IMG/VR virus record: IMGVR_UViG_3300049137_000157 | Coordinates: 64,001-128,000 of that record | Source of the DNA: a virus | Length of the DNA stretch: 64,000 bases | Reading direction: 5' to 3' (one strand) | Shown here: piece by piece, positions 1 to 8,708 of the stretch | How positions within the stretch are numbered: position 1 is the stretch's first letter | Layout of the letters: each line of letters begins with the position of its first letter | Notes under the pieces: generated by a model | Told to the model about the DNA's origin: nothing | The model's input: the letters and a program-made list of their open reading frames with translations, nothing else | The model's database searches: none | Translations under genes and position numbers: made by a program

Positions 1-22
1 CCAAGACGTACAAGGACGCGGC

Positions 23-322
23 ATGAACAAGTCCTGGGAAAATTGCACGGACTGCGCGGATCCTCTGCGGCGTCCTTGCGACGCACACTGGGGCCAGTGG
101 TGCGAACACGGACATCGGTTGATCGAGCCGGTACAGGTTGAGCACATCTGCGAGACGGGCGGACGTGACTGTCCCGGCTGCTACCCGGAAGGTCGCTTTG
201 TCGACCCGTGGCCCTGCGGCACCTGCACTCGGGAAGACCTGGAGGCCGAGCAGAAACGGATGGAAGAGGAGTACTGGGAAGAGATGTGGAACGAGTACGC
301 CCGGATCACCTACTACGCCTAG
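23..322 (+). CDS. Hypothetical Cys/His-rich protein
   Basis: 99-aa ORF with several CxxC/CxxH motifs and an acidic C-terminal helix; same strand as the downstream gene run. Confidence 0.5.
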   Translation: MNKSWENCTDCADPLRRPCDAHWGQWCEHGHRLIEPVQVEHICETGGRDCPGCYPEGRFVDPWPCGTCTREDLEAEQKRMEEEYWEEMWNEYARITYYA

Positions 323-345
323 CTCTCGTCCGGCTGCTCGGATCC

Positions 346-361
346 TGTATCGCGCGATACA
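346..361. repeat. 16-bp perfect palindrome TGTATCGCGCGATACA, copy 1 (candidate parS)
   Basis: Intergenic and identical to the copies at 2667 and 4061. The 25-mer CTGTATCGCGCGATACAACTTCGGA is shared with copy 2. Confidence 0.85.
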
Positions 362-399
362 ACTTCGGAGGTCGTCTTGCGTGACGGACGGCCTCCGAA

Positions 400-639
400 G
401 TGGGGGGTGAAGTGGAGTCATCACGGCAGATTCGTTGGGTGGCAGACGGGCCGGGCTCGTTCCTCCGGCCGACCGGCGTAACGACAGTACGCGACCGGCA
501 GGGAATCATCTGGCGTCTGAACCCCAGCTTGAAGACGAGATGGAACAAGGACGGCAGCAACTGGATCCGGTGGCGGGTCCTCGTCGAGAACCACGGTCCG
601 CTGGTCCTGCACCAAGACTCGGAAGGAGAAGAAGCGTGA
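400..639 (+). CDS. Hypothetical protein
   Basis: 79-aa Trp-rich ORF; its stop overlaps the next start (GTGA). Confidence 0.45.
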   Translation: MGGEVESSRQIRWVADGPGSFLRPTGVTTVRDRQGIIWRLNPSLKTRWNKDGSNWIRWRVLVENHGPLVLHQDSEGEEA

Positions 640-926
640 CCGTCTATGTGGACGAGATTAAGGACTACGGCGTGATCGCCCGCGCCAAGGGCCTTCGGTA
701 CACGCACTGGAGTCACCTGCTCGCGGACACCGAGGAAGAATTGCACGCTTTCGCCATGCGTCTTGGCCTGCGCCGAAGCTGGTTCCAGAACCCGAGCAAC
801 TATCGGTGGCACTACGACGTGGTGCCGACGAAGCGGGCGCAGGCCATCGAAATGGGTGCGGTCGAGATCGACCGACAGCAAGTGGCGGAGCTGATGGCCC
901 GGCGTCGGGCCGCCGCCAGTACATAG
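636..926 (+). CDS. DUF4031-like protein
   Basis: GTG start after AAGGAG. Motifs VYVD, WSHLLADTEEELHAFA.RLGL.R.WFQ and HYDV...R..AI..GA, recognised from memory of the family. Confidence 0.7.
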   Translation: MTVYVDEIKDYGVIARAKGLRYTHWSHLLADTEEELHAFAMRLGLRRSWFQNPSNYRWHYDVVPTKRAQAIEMGAVEIDRQQVAELMARRRAAAST

Positions 927-951
927 AACTCTCGGAAAGGAAAAGATCAAG

Positions 952-1488
952 ATGAACAAAGTGACCCAGATGACCCTTCGCGACGTCGAGCGGATCGCCC
1001 GTGAGGCGCACACCGATGTGGACAAGATCGGGGTGCCGTACTTCAACCACGTCCGGGCCGTGGCCGATGGCCTCGAACCCCTCGGCGTCGAACTGGAGAT
1101 GGCAGGACTCCTGCACGACATCATCGAAGACACGCCCTGGACCGCACAGGCGCTGAAGGATGCGGGCGTCCCGGTCTCGGTGGTGGACATCGTCGAGTCG
1201 GTGACCAATACCCCCGGCCAGCGCTACCTGGAGAAGATCGAAGCGATCACCCGGCACCCGGACGGCCTCCTGGTGAAGATCTCCGACAACGCACACAACA
1301 GCCGTCAGGACCGACTCGACAAGCTGCCCGAGGACACGCGACGACGGCTCATCCAGAAGTACGAGAAGACTCGCCGGATCCTGTGGACGGCGGCCCGTCC
1401 GGACGACGTCCGCACCATCGTCAACATCGTGAACCCGGCGCTCTTGCAGACGGAGAGGCACCTCCTCTCCCGGGGCGAGGTGACGTGA
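952..1488 (+). CDS. HD-domain phosphohydrolase (RelA/SpoT-hydrolase/Mesh1-like)
   Basis: AREAH..VDK.G.PY..H...VA, AGLLHDIIEDT and VKISDN.HN motifs; RBS AAGGA. Confidence 0.8.
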   Translation: MNKVTQMTLRDVERIAREAHTDVDKIGVPYFNHVRAVADGLEPLGVELEMAGLLHDIIEDTPWTAQALKDAGVPVSVVDIVESVTNTPGQRYLEKIEAITRHPDGLLVKISDNAHNSRQDRLDKLPEDTRRRLIQKYEKTRRILWTAARPDDVRTIVNIVNPALLQTERHLLSRGEVT

Positions 1489-2192
1489 ACGTGGGCATCC
1501 GCGTGCACAAGATCCTGGGTTACGGCCTCACCGATGTGACCCACACGGACTGGGACATCGCCGACCCCCGGATCAACCCGGACAGCTTTTGGGTGACCCG
1601 TTCCGAACCCGAGACGACCTACTTCGAGTTCCTCACGGAGAAGCTCTCGAAGGTCGAGGGTGATCGTGACTTCGCGCTGGAACTGGAGCTGCATTTCCAC
1701 CGGGACCAGGAAGAGGACGGCACCGACTCTTTCACGTGGAAGAACGCGGAGACTGGACTTCCGAACGTGTTGATCGTTCGGCCGATCGGTCATCCCAGGT
1801 GGTACCGGTTCGACGATCCCCTGGACTACGAAGAGGAGTACCTCCGGGGATCTTCCATGGTGCACCGGGTCGACCTCCTGGAGTCCGGGCCGCACCCGTA
1901 CGAGGGTCTCTACATGGACGCCGAGACGGGTGAGAGACTGACGAACGACGGCGCGGTCATCTCGTGGAGGCGTCTCCTACGCAAACTTCCCGAGGACGAC
2001 AGCGACAAGCGCATGCGCCTCCTGGACATGCTGGCCACGGCAATCGGCTACGAGAGTCACGACGAGGCCATGCGACGCGTGGTGCCCCTCGTGCCGGAGG
2101 AGGTCCGCCGCGTCTGCGAGTGGGCTGGATTGTTCACCAGTCCGACAGGGTGGAAAGACCTGAGGCCCATGCTGTACACGTACTGGGCCTGA
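1485..2192 (+). CDS. Hypothetical protein
   Basis: GTG start overlapping the HD gene stop (GTGA); high-GC codon pattern. Confidence 0.7.
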   Translation: MNVGIRVHKILGYGLTDVTHTDWDIADPRINPDSFWVTRSEPETTYFEFLTEKLSKVEGDRDFALELELHFHRDQEEDGTDSFTWKNAETGLPNVLIVRPIGHPRWYRFDDPLDYEEEYLRGSSMVHRVDLLESGPHPYEGLYMDAETGERLTNDGAVISWRRLLRKLPEDDSDKRMRLLDMLATAIGYESHDEAMRRVVPLVPEEVRRVCEWAGLFTSPTGWKDLRPMLYTYWA

Positions 2193-2208
2193 CGGAAAGG
2201 AAAAGGGC

Positions 2209-2619
2209 ATGGGTGCCTACGACAGCAAGGTGGCCGGGAAACTCCACATCGAGCCACCGCTGAACGACCGGGAGATCCGAGCGCTGCACCTCGGAACCCA
2301 CCACAGCATCGTCCTCTCGGTGAAGACCCGGGAAGAGGAGCTGGACGACGGCCGTATGGTCGTCTCGCACACGGCCTCCCAGGTCCGTCCGATGCATCAG
2401 GGCTGGTCGAGCTTCTACACCCTGAAGGACGACACCACGGTTCTGGTCTCGCGGGTGACAGGATTCGGCAAGACGGTGTTCGGTCGGTTCATTCGGATGG
2501 GTATCGACTCCGGCGACATCGAGGTCATCTCCGTGAAGGACGGTCAGGTGACATCCGAGCAGGCGCAACTCGTCATCCCGTCCACGGGTGAGGTCATCGC
2601 GGCCTCCGACCTGCCGTGA
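2209..2619 (+). CDS. Hypothetical actinophage-type protein, paralogue of 8084-8515
   Basis: RBS AAAGG. N-terminus YDSKVAGKLHIEPPLNDREIRAL resembles HYSKLAGKLEISPALDWEEIQAL of the 8084 gene. Confidence 0.65.
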   Translation: MGAYDSKVAGKLHIEPPLNDREIRALHLGTHHSIVLSVKTREEELDDGRMVVSHTASQVRPMHQGWSSFYTLKDDTTVLVSRVTGFGKTVFGRFIRMGIDSGDIEVISVKDGQVTSEQAQLVIPSTGEVIAASDLP

Positions 2620-2666
2620 CGACAGCCACCCAGGGGCGGGCACTCGAACCCGCCCCTGGGTGGTGC

Positions 2667-2682
2667 TGTATCGCGCGATACA
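2667..2682. repeat. 16-bp perfect palindrome, copy 2 (candidate parS)
   Basis: Lies between the stop at 2619 and the RBS/GTG at 2703. Confidence 0.85.
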
Positions 2683-2702
2683 ACTTCGGAAAGGGAAAGA
2701 AC

Positions 2703-3878
2703 GTGGGGAAGAAGCCTCCGGAGAGAGTCCGTCGGGCCAGTGAGGCCAACGACGCAGTGGAACGGATCCTCTCCGAGACTCAGCAGCTCTGGGAAGAACT
2801 CGGCAAGATTCCCCAGGGTCAGGAGAACGCAGTTCGTGTGAGACGCGGAGACATGCCCGTCTGGCCCGTCCAGCTCGAACGCGCTCTGGGCTTCGGAGGG
2901 CTGGCGCATGTCATGGACCGGGTGGTCAGGTATTCGATCGTCGATATGTGGCGCAAGCAGGGGCGGGTTGCCTACGACCTGCATCCGGAGATTGCGGCGC
3001 AGCTCTATCGGACAGACCTGAAGGGCAAGATGCCGGGAGGACTGTTCCATAGGATCAGTCACATCAACCCCATGATCCCGCTCCCTCGCCCTTGGCCGTT
3101 CAAAGAGAAGAACCGCGAGGGGCTGATCCGGGGATACTTCCTCACCGGTCGGACGGGTACTGCGATCTGCACGACTACGGACAAGCGATCCGAGGGCCTC
3201 ATGCTGTCCGCCTGGATCGAATTCCCCGACCGGACCACCGGTGAGATCGAGACGGTCACCCCGTTCTTCGCCCTCCCGGACATGGGCGAGGACCCTTTCA
3301 CTTTCGACGACGTCCTCCAGGCCACACATGCCTGGCACGACCAGGAGATCACCGCAGAGGACCGCAAGCTCATCAAACAGATCGTCCCGGGCGCGCTGTC
3401 CATCCTCACGTACCTGTGTTGCGACAACCGGGACGTACAAGAGCCGCCTCCGGAACGGCCGAACGCCAAGCGAAAGCAGGCCCCTCCCCGGGATCCGTAC
3501 TACGTCCGGGTCGGATGGAAAATCGGACCCAAGCTCCACGCGAACCGGATGCGCGTCCAGGGGCGCACACGCGACGGAGTGTCCTTCCCTTCAGGCATCG
3601 AACAGGAGCCGCAGCATCGAGCAGGGCACTACAAGGTCATTCATCATGGCCCCAGGAAGAGCCTCTGGAGTCTGAAATGGGTGGACCCGTACTGGACCAA
3701 GCTGGATCTGCTGGAGGAGGGGAAGGAGCCGGTCACCTCGGTCGTCCCGGTGGACGCGCAGAGACGGGATCCTGCCGGTCACCGCGACGTCCGGTTGGCG
3801 AACCTCGGTACCGAGAAGGCCAAGGAGATCAGAGACAGGGAGCGTCAGCAGGCCCGAGAGGAGCGGTGGTCTTGGTAA
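2703..3878 (+). CDS. Hypothetical protein (about 390 aa)
   Basis: Long ORF. Start re-picked at GTG 2703 after AAAGGGA, so that the palindrome is intergenic. C-terminal HRAGHYK...GP.....KWVDPYW motif. Confidence 0.75.
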   Translation: MGKKPPERVRRASEANDAVERILSETQQLWEELGKIPQGQENAVRVRRGDMPVWPVQLERALGFGGLAHVMDRVVRYSIVDMWRKQGRVAYDLHPEIAAQLYRTDLKGKMPGGLFHRISHINPMIPLPRPWPFKEKNREGLIRGYFLTGRTGTAICTTTDKRSEGLMLSAWIEFPDRTTGEIETVTPFFALPDMGEDPFTFDDVLQATHAWHDQEITAEDRKLIKQIVPGALSILTYLCCDNRDVQEPPPERPNAKRKQAPPRDPYYVRVGWKIGPKLHANRMRVQGRTRDGVSFPSGIEQEPQHRAGHYKVIHHGPRKSLWSLKWVDPYWTKLDLLEEGKEPVTSVVPVDAQRRDPAGHRDVRLANLGTEKAKEIRDRERQQAREERWSW

Positions 3879-3886
3879 GGAAGGGC

Positions 3887-4012
3887 GTGCTGAAGACGGT
3901 GCTGCGACGAGTCTTGCAAGAAGTGGGGATCATGCTGGTCATCTTCATCGTTTTCTCGGTCCTTTTCATCGTGTGCAGTTTGCTGATCCATGGCACGGTG
4001 AAGTGGTACTGA
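3887..4012 (+). CDS. Small single-TM membrane protein (41 aa)
   Basis: RBS AAGGAAGG, GTG start, hydrophobic stretch IMLVIFIVFSVLFIVCSLLI. Confidence 0.45.
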   Translation: MLKTVLRRVLQEVGIMLVIFIVFSVLFIVCSLLIHGTVKWY

Positions 4013-4023
4013 CGGGTGGATGA

Positions 4024-4058
4024 AAAGAGGGCGGACCCCGGCAGGGTCCGCCCTCTTT
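4024..4058. terminator. Bidirectional intrinsic terminator
   Basis: Perfect 15-bp stem AAAGAGGGCGGACCC/GGGTCCGCCCTCTTT between convergent genes. Confidence 0.85.
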
Positions 4059-4060
4059 CC

Positions 4061-4076
4061 TGTATCGCGCGATACA
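4061..4076. repeat. 16-bp perfect palindrome, copy 3 (candidate parS)
   Basis: 9 bp beyond the stop codon of the ParA partner gene. Confidence 0.85.
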
Positions 4077-4085
4077 ACTCCGGGG

Positions 4086-4967
4086 TCACTCCTCCAGAGA
4101 GTCGACTCCGAGTTCCTTGAAGATCGTGCGGGCTACAAGGAGGGACACCTCGGGCTGACTTCGAGCGACCCTCCGTACGAGGTCCGGATCGAAGGCCCCC
4201 GGCCGGGACTGGAAACGCAGCACCGGGACATCGCTCTTGCTTTCGTTGCTCTCACCCTCAGAGACCTCTTTGACCGAGTCCAGACCGAACTGTTTGCGCA
4301 GACGCAGCAGAGACGGTGCGCTGGTGTCATTCAGGTCGAGTGCGGCCTCCCAGACAGTGCGTACCTTCTCGGGTCCGTGGCCGGTCAGAACGGGTGACAG
4401 GGCGTCGATCTGACGAACTCCCAGGGATTCCACCGAGAGTCCCGCCAAGGCGTCCCTGAGAGGCTCCTCGCGCGTCATCCGGTAGGCATGCTGCCGGGAA
4501 ACCTTGACCAGCTTCAGCCAGGCCGACCAGGATCGACACGGCTTGCCTGTGGAAGGATCTACCGCTTCTCGCCAGGACTCCGTCGACCAAGCCAGCCGCA
4601 CGGCCGGACCCGCGTACTGGAAATACGACGACAGGGCCTTCTGCTGCATAGCGTCCAGCAGGGCGTTCGCCGCGTGCAAACGCTTCTCGCAGGCGACAAC
4701 GATCTCGGCCGGGCTGTGCGAGATATCCGGCAGTTCCGCCACCAGGGCCTTACCGACGACGTCAGGCAGCAGTCTGTCCGGTTCCGCTGCGGGTGCCGGG
4801 GCGGCCTCGGCCTCTTCGACCGGCTGAGCAGTGTCCTCGGAGGTCTGCTGCTGGGAGGGGACGGGCGAGGTCTCCCCGTCCTTCGTCACCTCGATCGGAC
4901 CGTGGCCCGACGGGGGGAGCATCCCTCGTCGCGGGGTTTTTGGGCCGATGATCTGTCCCTTCGACAT
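4086..4967 (-). CDS. ParA partner, putative centromere-binding (ParB-role) protein
   Basis: Translationally coupled downstream of parA. Disordered N-terminus and HTH-like segment WSAWLKLVKVSRQHAYRM. No ParB CTPase GxxR box recognised. Confidence 0.6.
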   Translation of the reverse strand: MSKGQIIGPKTPRRGMLPPSGHGPIEVTKDGETSPVPSQQQTSEDTAQPVEEAEAAPAPAAEPDRLLPDVVGKALVAELPDISHSPAEIVVACEKRLHAANALLDAMQQKALSSYFQYAGPAVRLAWSTESWREAVDPSTGKPCRSWSAWLKLVKVSRQHAYRMTREEPLRDALAGLSVESLGVRQIDALSPVLTGHGPEKVRTVWEAALDLNDTSAPSLLRLRKQFGLDSVKEVSEGESNESKSDVPVLRFQSRPGAFDPDLVRRVARSQPEVSLLVARTIFKELGVDSLEE

Positions 4968-5758
4968 CAGATGCTCACCTTCTCGACCTCGCGCTGGGTC
5001 ATCAAGCCGGAATCCAGGACTTCGCGGGCCGTCAGAATCTCCGTCTCCAGGAGCAGCGGCAGGAAGCCCACGAGGTCCTTCCAGCGGGGGCAGTCCTCGT
5101 CGACGGCGGACCCGCGCATTTGCGGAACCCGCCCGAAGGCCCGCTTGTAAGCCACCAGCATCGGGATGTCGGTGTCGACGAGAGGATAGGACCCGTCAGG
5201 TCCGTTCTCCTCCTCCAGCAAGAGCTGGTACCGGGCGTCGTCCTTGTCGCGGGAGTTCTCACACCTGGACAGGACGTAGTACATGGCGCAGCCGCCGACG
5301 GAGTTCCGGCTGGCCGCCATCAGCGCGGCGTCCCGGGTCTTCGGGGCCTGCTCCAGATCACCTTCGTCGGGGCACAGGGGCACGAGCAGCTTGTGGGCCC
5401 GCTTCACCGCCGCCTGGAACGCGGCGACGTTGCCGCCGCCGACGTCCACGATGACGTAATCGACATCGCCCCTGGCGAGGACCTTGTCGATCTCCCGGTC
5501 CAGGGTGTCGAAGGGGTGCCGAATCACTTCCACCGGCCAGTCGTAGCCGCGCTGCTGGGCCTTGACCGGCCAGTTCGAGGAGGTCTGCGAGCCGGAGTCC
5601 GCGTCGAAGACCACGACCGTCCGGCGGAAAACTGTCGAGAGAATGAGGGCGATCAGCATAGCCAGTCGCGTTTTGCCGGTTCCGCCCTTGAGCGCGCCGA
5701 CGACGTAGACCTTGGTTTCCACCCTGTCCGCAGGCGGGGTCGGGGAGGGGACCTTCAT
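4967..5758 (-). CDS. parA: ParA-family partition ATPase
   Basis: Deviant Walker A LKGGTGKT, VVVFDADSGSQ, Walker B YVIVDVGG and LLVPL.P motifs; start re-picked at ATG 5758 after AAAGGA. Confidence 0.92.
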   Translation of the reverse strand: MKVPSPTPPADRVETKVYVVGALKGGTGKTRLAMLIALILSTVFRRTVVVFDADSGSQTSSNWPVKAQQRGYDWPVEVIRHPFDTLDREIDKVLARGDVDYVIVDVGGGNVAAFQAAVKRAHKLLVPLCPDEGDLEQAPKTRDAALMAASRNSVGGCAMYYVLSRCENSRDKDDARYQLLLEEENGPDGSYPLVDTDIPMLVAYKRAFGRVPQMRGSAVDEDCPRWKDLVGFLPLLLETEILTAREVLDSGLMTQREVEKVSI

Positions 5759-5861
5759 GTGTGTTCCTTTCCGATGGACCGCACCAGAGTAGCGGGCACG
5801 TTCCACGGAGCTTCGTGGGGAATCACTAGAACATCACACGAAGTTGACCAGCAACGCAGAA

Positions 5862-5883
5862 GGCCCGGCGCTGTGGCCGGGCC
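5862..5883. terminator. GC-rich hairpin between the lysis cassette and parA
   Basis: GGCCCGGC/GCCGGGCC inverted repeat. Confidence 0.5.
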
Positions 5884-5901
5884 CTGCGAGACCAGACTTC
5901 C

Positions 5902-6276
5902 CTACACGCCGGTCCGGTTGTACTCCTTCACACGCTCCGGCGGGTCGGGCGGCTCGATGTGCTGAGTTCTCATCTGTGCCGTGAGGTCCGAGACGTACAT
6001 CGTGAAGGCTCTGACCAGTGACCGCAACGAGAGGGCCTCCGCTTTCAAGTTGTCGATCTCGTGCTGCATGTCGTCCCGGATCGCCTGGAACGCGGCGAGA
6101 TCGGCTGCCCTCTGAGCGGGCTCGGCGGCCATCTGTGTTTGGTACCTCTGGGCCTCTGCCGTGGTACGGGCGGCTGCCTTCGTCGCCCTTGCCGCGAAAA
6201 GCCCGCTCGCAAGCAGGGCGGATGCCCCGAGGAAGGCACTGACTACCCCGGCCAGGACACCCCAAGTTCCCGTCAT
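5902..6276 (-). CDS. Lysis-cassette membrane protein (N-terminal TM plus coiled coil)
   Basis: Hydrophobic N-terminus, heptad-like helix, C-terminal EPPDPPE; coupled to the upstream gene. Confidence 0.7.
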   Translation of the reverse strand: MTGTWGVLAGVVSAFLGASALLASGLFAARATKAAARTTAEAQRYQTQMAAEPAQRAADLAAFQAIRDDMQHEIDNLKAEALSLRSLVRAFTMYVSDLTAQMRTQHIEPPDPPERVKEYNRTGV

Positions 6277-6701
6277 CGTCTCCTCCGCCAGAGTGAATAA
6301 GGGAGAGAATGCTCCGGGATGGTGGAGATCCAGAGGATGACTCCGACGTGACTGGTGGCGAACCAGAGGAACACCGCGAGACCTCGCGTATACCCGTAGA
6401 ACAGCGCGGAAGACAGGTAGGCGATGCCCCAGATCAGCGGAGGAGTGAGTGCGGCGATGAATCCCAGCAGGTCACGGCCGATCCGGAGCCAGGCGCAGGC
6501 GAATGTGAGCGCACCGCACACCACCCAGGTCAGCGACCACAAGCGGATCCCACCTGCTTCCTGAAGAAGGACAAGGCCCCGAGGGACCGGCCCTGTCGCC
6601 TGGACCGCCAGTCCGTACGACACTTTGCCGATGCCGAGGAGCGCGAGAGCAGTGCCTCGGCGGCCCAGGAGCTTTCCGAGCCGCCGGACCGCCGAGAGCA
6701 T
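6273..6701 (-). CDS. Lysis-cassette multi-TM protein (holin-like accessory)
   Basis: Four hydrophobic segments; directly follows the holin. Confidence 0.7.
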   Translation of the reverse strand: MLSAVRRLGKLLGRRGTALALLGIGKVSYGLAVQATGPVPRGLVLLQEAGGIRLWSLTWVVCGALTFACAWLRIGRDLLGFIAALTPPLIWGIAYLSSALFYGYTRGLAVFLWFATSHVGVILWISTIPEHSLPYSLWRRRR

Positions 6702-6704
6702 GGG

Positions 6705-6965
6705 TCAGACCCCCTTGACGGTGGAGGCCGAGTTCTTCGTGCCGAGGTAGCGGGCCACCAGTCCCTTCACGAGGGACCCGACGGCTGCGACCCCAGCGGC
6801 GAGGGTGGTCTCCCAGAAGGAAGCGGAGAACAGATCGCCGGGTCCGGCAAGAACGGCGACACTGCCTGCCGCGAACAGGAACGTCCACACGATCCGTTCG
6901 AGCAAGTCCTTGGCGTACGTGGTCCCCGTCTTGACGACGGTCTCCATGTCGGGGATGTCAGTCAC
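6705..6965 (-). CDS. Holin (actinophage type)
   Basis: 86 aa with two TMs and KDLLERIVWTF...AAGVAAVGSLVKGL; directly downstream of the endolysin. Confidence 0.75.
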   Translation of the reverse strand: MTDIPDMETVVKTGTTYAKDLLERIVWTFLFAAGSVAVLAGPGDLFSASFWETTLAAGVAAVGSLVKGLVARYLGTKNSASTVKGV

Positions 6966-7002
6966 TGCTTGTCCTTGTCGTGGTTGGATTCAGTTGGTTC
7001 AG

Positions 7003-7914
7003 TTACGAGACGACCTCGAAGCCGTACTTGTTGCCGAGGCGGGTCAGGGAGTCTCGTCCGGGGATTCCGTCGGCGGCCTGTCCGGTGTAGCCACACTTGC
7101 GCTGCCAGGCGGAGTAGGCGTCGAGAGTGGTCGTCCCGTAGTGGCCGTCGGAGAATCGCTTTTCCAGCAGACCGGCATTGACGAGGGCAACTTCGACTGT
7201 CTTGACGCCGCTGTAGCTGACGGGTGTGCCCCTCTTCTCCGGGTCGGAGTTCGCCGCGATGATCAGCTTGGAAAGGTCGACCTTCGGCTTCTGTGGGGCC
7301 GGAAGCGGTGCGGGCTTGTTCTGCTGCTTCAGCCGGTCCGCGATACGGGCCCGCATGGTGTTCATCGAGAACCCACGGGGGTCGGGTTTGCCCGGCTGCC
7401 ACTCCAGGTGACCGATGACGCTTCCCGAGGACCAGCGGTGATAACGGCACAGGGCGGCTGCGGCCATCTCGATTGCTTCAAGTTGGGCCTCCGGCCACGG
7501 ATCCTTCCCGTCGCCCAGGTTGACGCACTCGAAACCATAGAAATGGGCGTTGCCGTCGACCGTCGCTTGGTTGTCGACGGGAAGTGCGGTTTCGGCGACG
7601 ACGGCGCGCAGCACGTCCGGGTCACCGAGACCGGCGTGATTGGCGCGGCCGTAGCCGACGAGGTGAACGGTTCCGTCCTTGGCGATGACTCCGTGACACA
7701 GCGGGCCCGGAAGGGTGGAATGTCCGTCCCGACAGAGCTGAACGCTGTAATTGGTCCCCTCGGTGACGGTGTGGTGGATCATCACGCCATTGAGTGGACC
7801 CCAAGCACCCTTGGAGTTTCGGTTGTGCGTCTCCCAGTCACCATGCTCGATGACTTTGAGGCCCTCACTCCGAAGGAGGTCCGCGAATTTCGCGGCGGTG
7901 GGCGGCTTGGCCAT
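7003..7914 (-). CDS. Endolysin, N-acetylmuramoyl-L-alanine amidase with C-terminal peptidoglycan-binding domain
   Basis: Amidase_2 motifs GVMIHHT, ANHAG, FYGFECVN and GHLEWQPGKPDP; PG-binding repeat DGHYG..T..AYSAWQ...G.....ADGIPG. Confidence 0.93.
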   Translation of the reverse strand: MAKPPTAAKFADLLRSEGLKVIEHGDWETHNRNSKGAWGPLNGVMIHHTVTEGTNYSVQLCRDGHSTLPGPLCHGVIAKDGTVHLVGYGRANHAGLGDPDVLRAVVAETALPVDNQATVDGNAHFYGFECVNLGDGKDPWPEAQLEAIEMAAAALCRYHRWSSGSVIGHLEWQPGKPDPRGFSMNTMRARIADRLKQQNKPAPLPAPQKPKVDLSKLIIAANSDPEKRGTPVSYSGVKTVEVALVNAGLLEKRFSDGHYGTTTLDAYSAWQRKCGYTGQAADGIPGRDSLTRLGNKYGFEVVS

Positions 7915-8083
7915 GATTCCCTCCTTTGTTTCGCAGCCAGCATCCCACAGGATCTTTTCAAGGTTTTGGTGAAAGGTTCCCTGTTCTGTGAAATGCGGCT
8001 AGGCAAAAGGGAATTCCTCTGGAAGAATCGAATTGACGAGAGGCAGGGTGAAAAGGTCTCTCGCGGGAAAGGAGAGAGAAAAG

Positions 8084-8515
8084 GTGACGCACTACAGCAA
8101 ACTCGCCGGAAAGCTGGAGATCTCCCCGGCTCTCGACTGGGAAGAGATCCAGGCGCTGGACTATTCGCACAGGGTCAACGGCCTCGTCGTGAACCTCGGC
8201 CATCGGGCAGCACCTCGGTCGGTTGTCGTGGACGTGGAAACCGAGGAGAAGGAGATTCCGGGTGGTGTCGAGTTCAACTACATCGCCAAGGCGATCGTCC
8301 CGAACTACGAGGAGGGGGACCACGACGGCTTGGAGAGGGATCTCGAAGACATCCTCGCCGCCCTCCCTCGATACAGCAGGGTCAGCGGGGAGCTGGTCCG
8401 GGTCGGCCAGAGGGACGTGGTGGACATCGAGTACTTCACGATCGTCAGCCGGACCGTCCTGACGGAGAAGGCCGTCATCTCGCGCCCGAGCGGCAGCGAA
8501 GTCTGGATGCCGTAG
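8084..8515 (+). CDS. Hypothetical protein, paralogue of 2209-2619
   Basis: GTG start after GAAAGGAG; shared N-terminal motif with 2209-2619. Confidence 0.65.
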   Translation: MTHYSKLAGKLEISPALDWEEIQALDYSHRVNGLVVNLGHRAAPRSVVVDVETEEKEIPGGVEFNYIAKAIVPNYEEGDHDGLERDLEDILAALPRYSRVSGELVRVGQRDVVDIEYFTIVSRTVLTEKAVISRPSGSEVWMP

Positions 8516-8572
8516 TCCAACTCCTGCTACTTTCGTTGTACGTCCCACGCTGTCGTACGTGGGCCCTCGGTG

Positions 8573-8614
8573 AAACGCCCCCTGGAGAAGCCCCCAGCCA
8601 TCCAGGGGGCGTTT
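8573..8614 (+). terminator. Intrinsic terminator
   Basis: 14-bp stem AAACGCCCCCTGGA/TCCAGGGGGCGTTT followed by T. Confidence 0.75.
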
Positions 8615-8708
8615 TGCGTGTCCGGGAAGAGGAGTTCGAGAGTCCGGTTCTCCCGGATGGGGTCTACGTAACCTTCACGAACTCACAAGAAGTTACTGGG
8701 AAGTCAGT

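Noticed and set aside
346-4085. Repeated 25-mer considered as a CRISPR repeat or att site
   Set aside because: The copies are 1.4-2.3 kb apart with whole genes between them. There are no spacers, cas operon or integrase.
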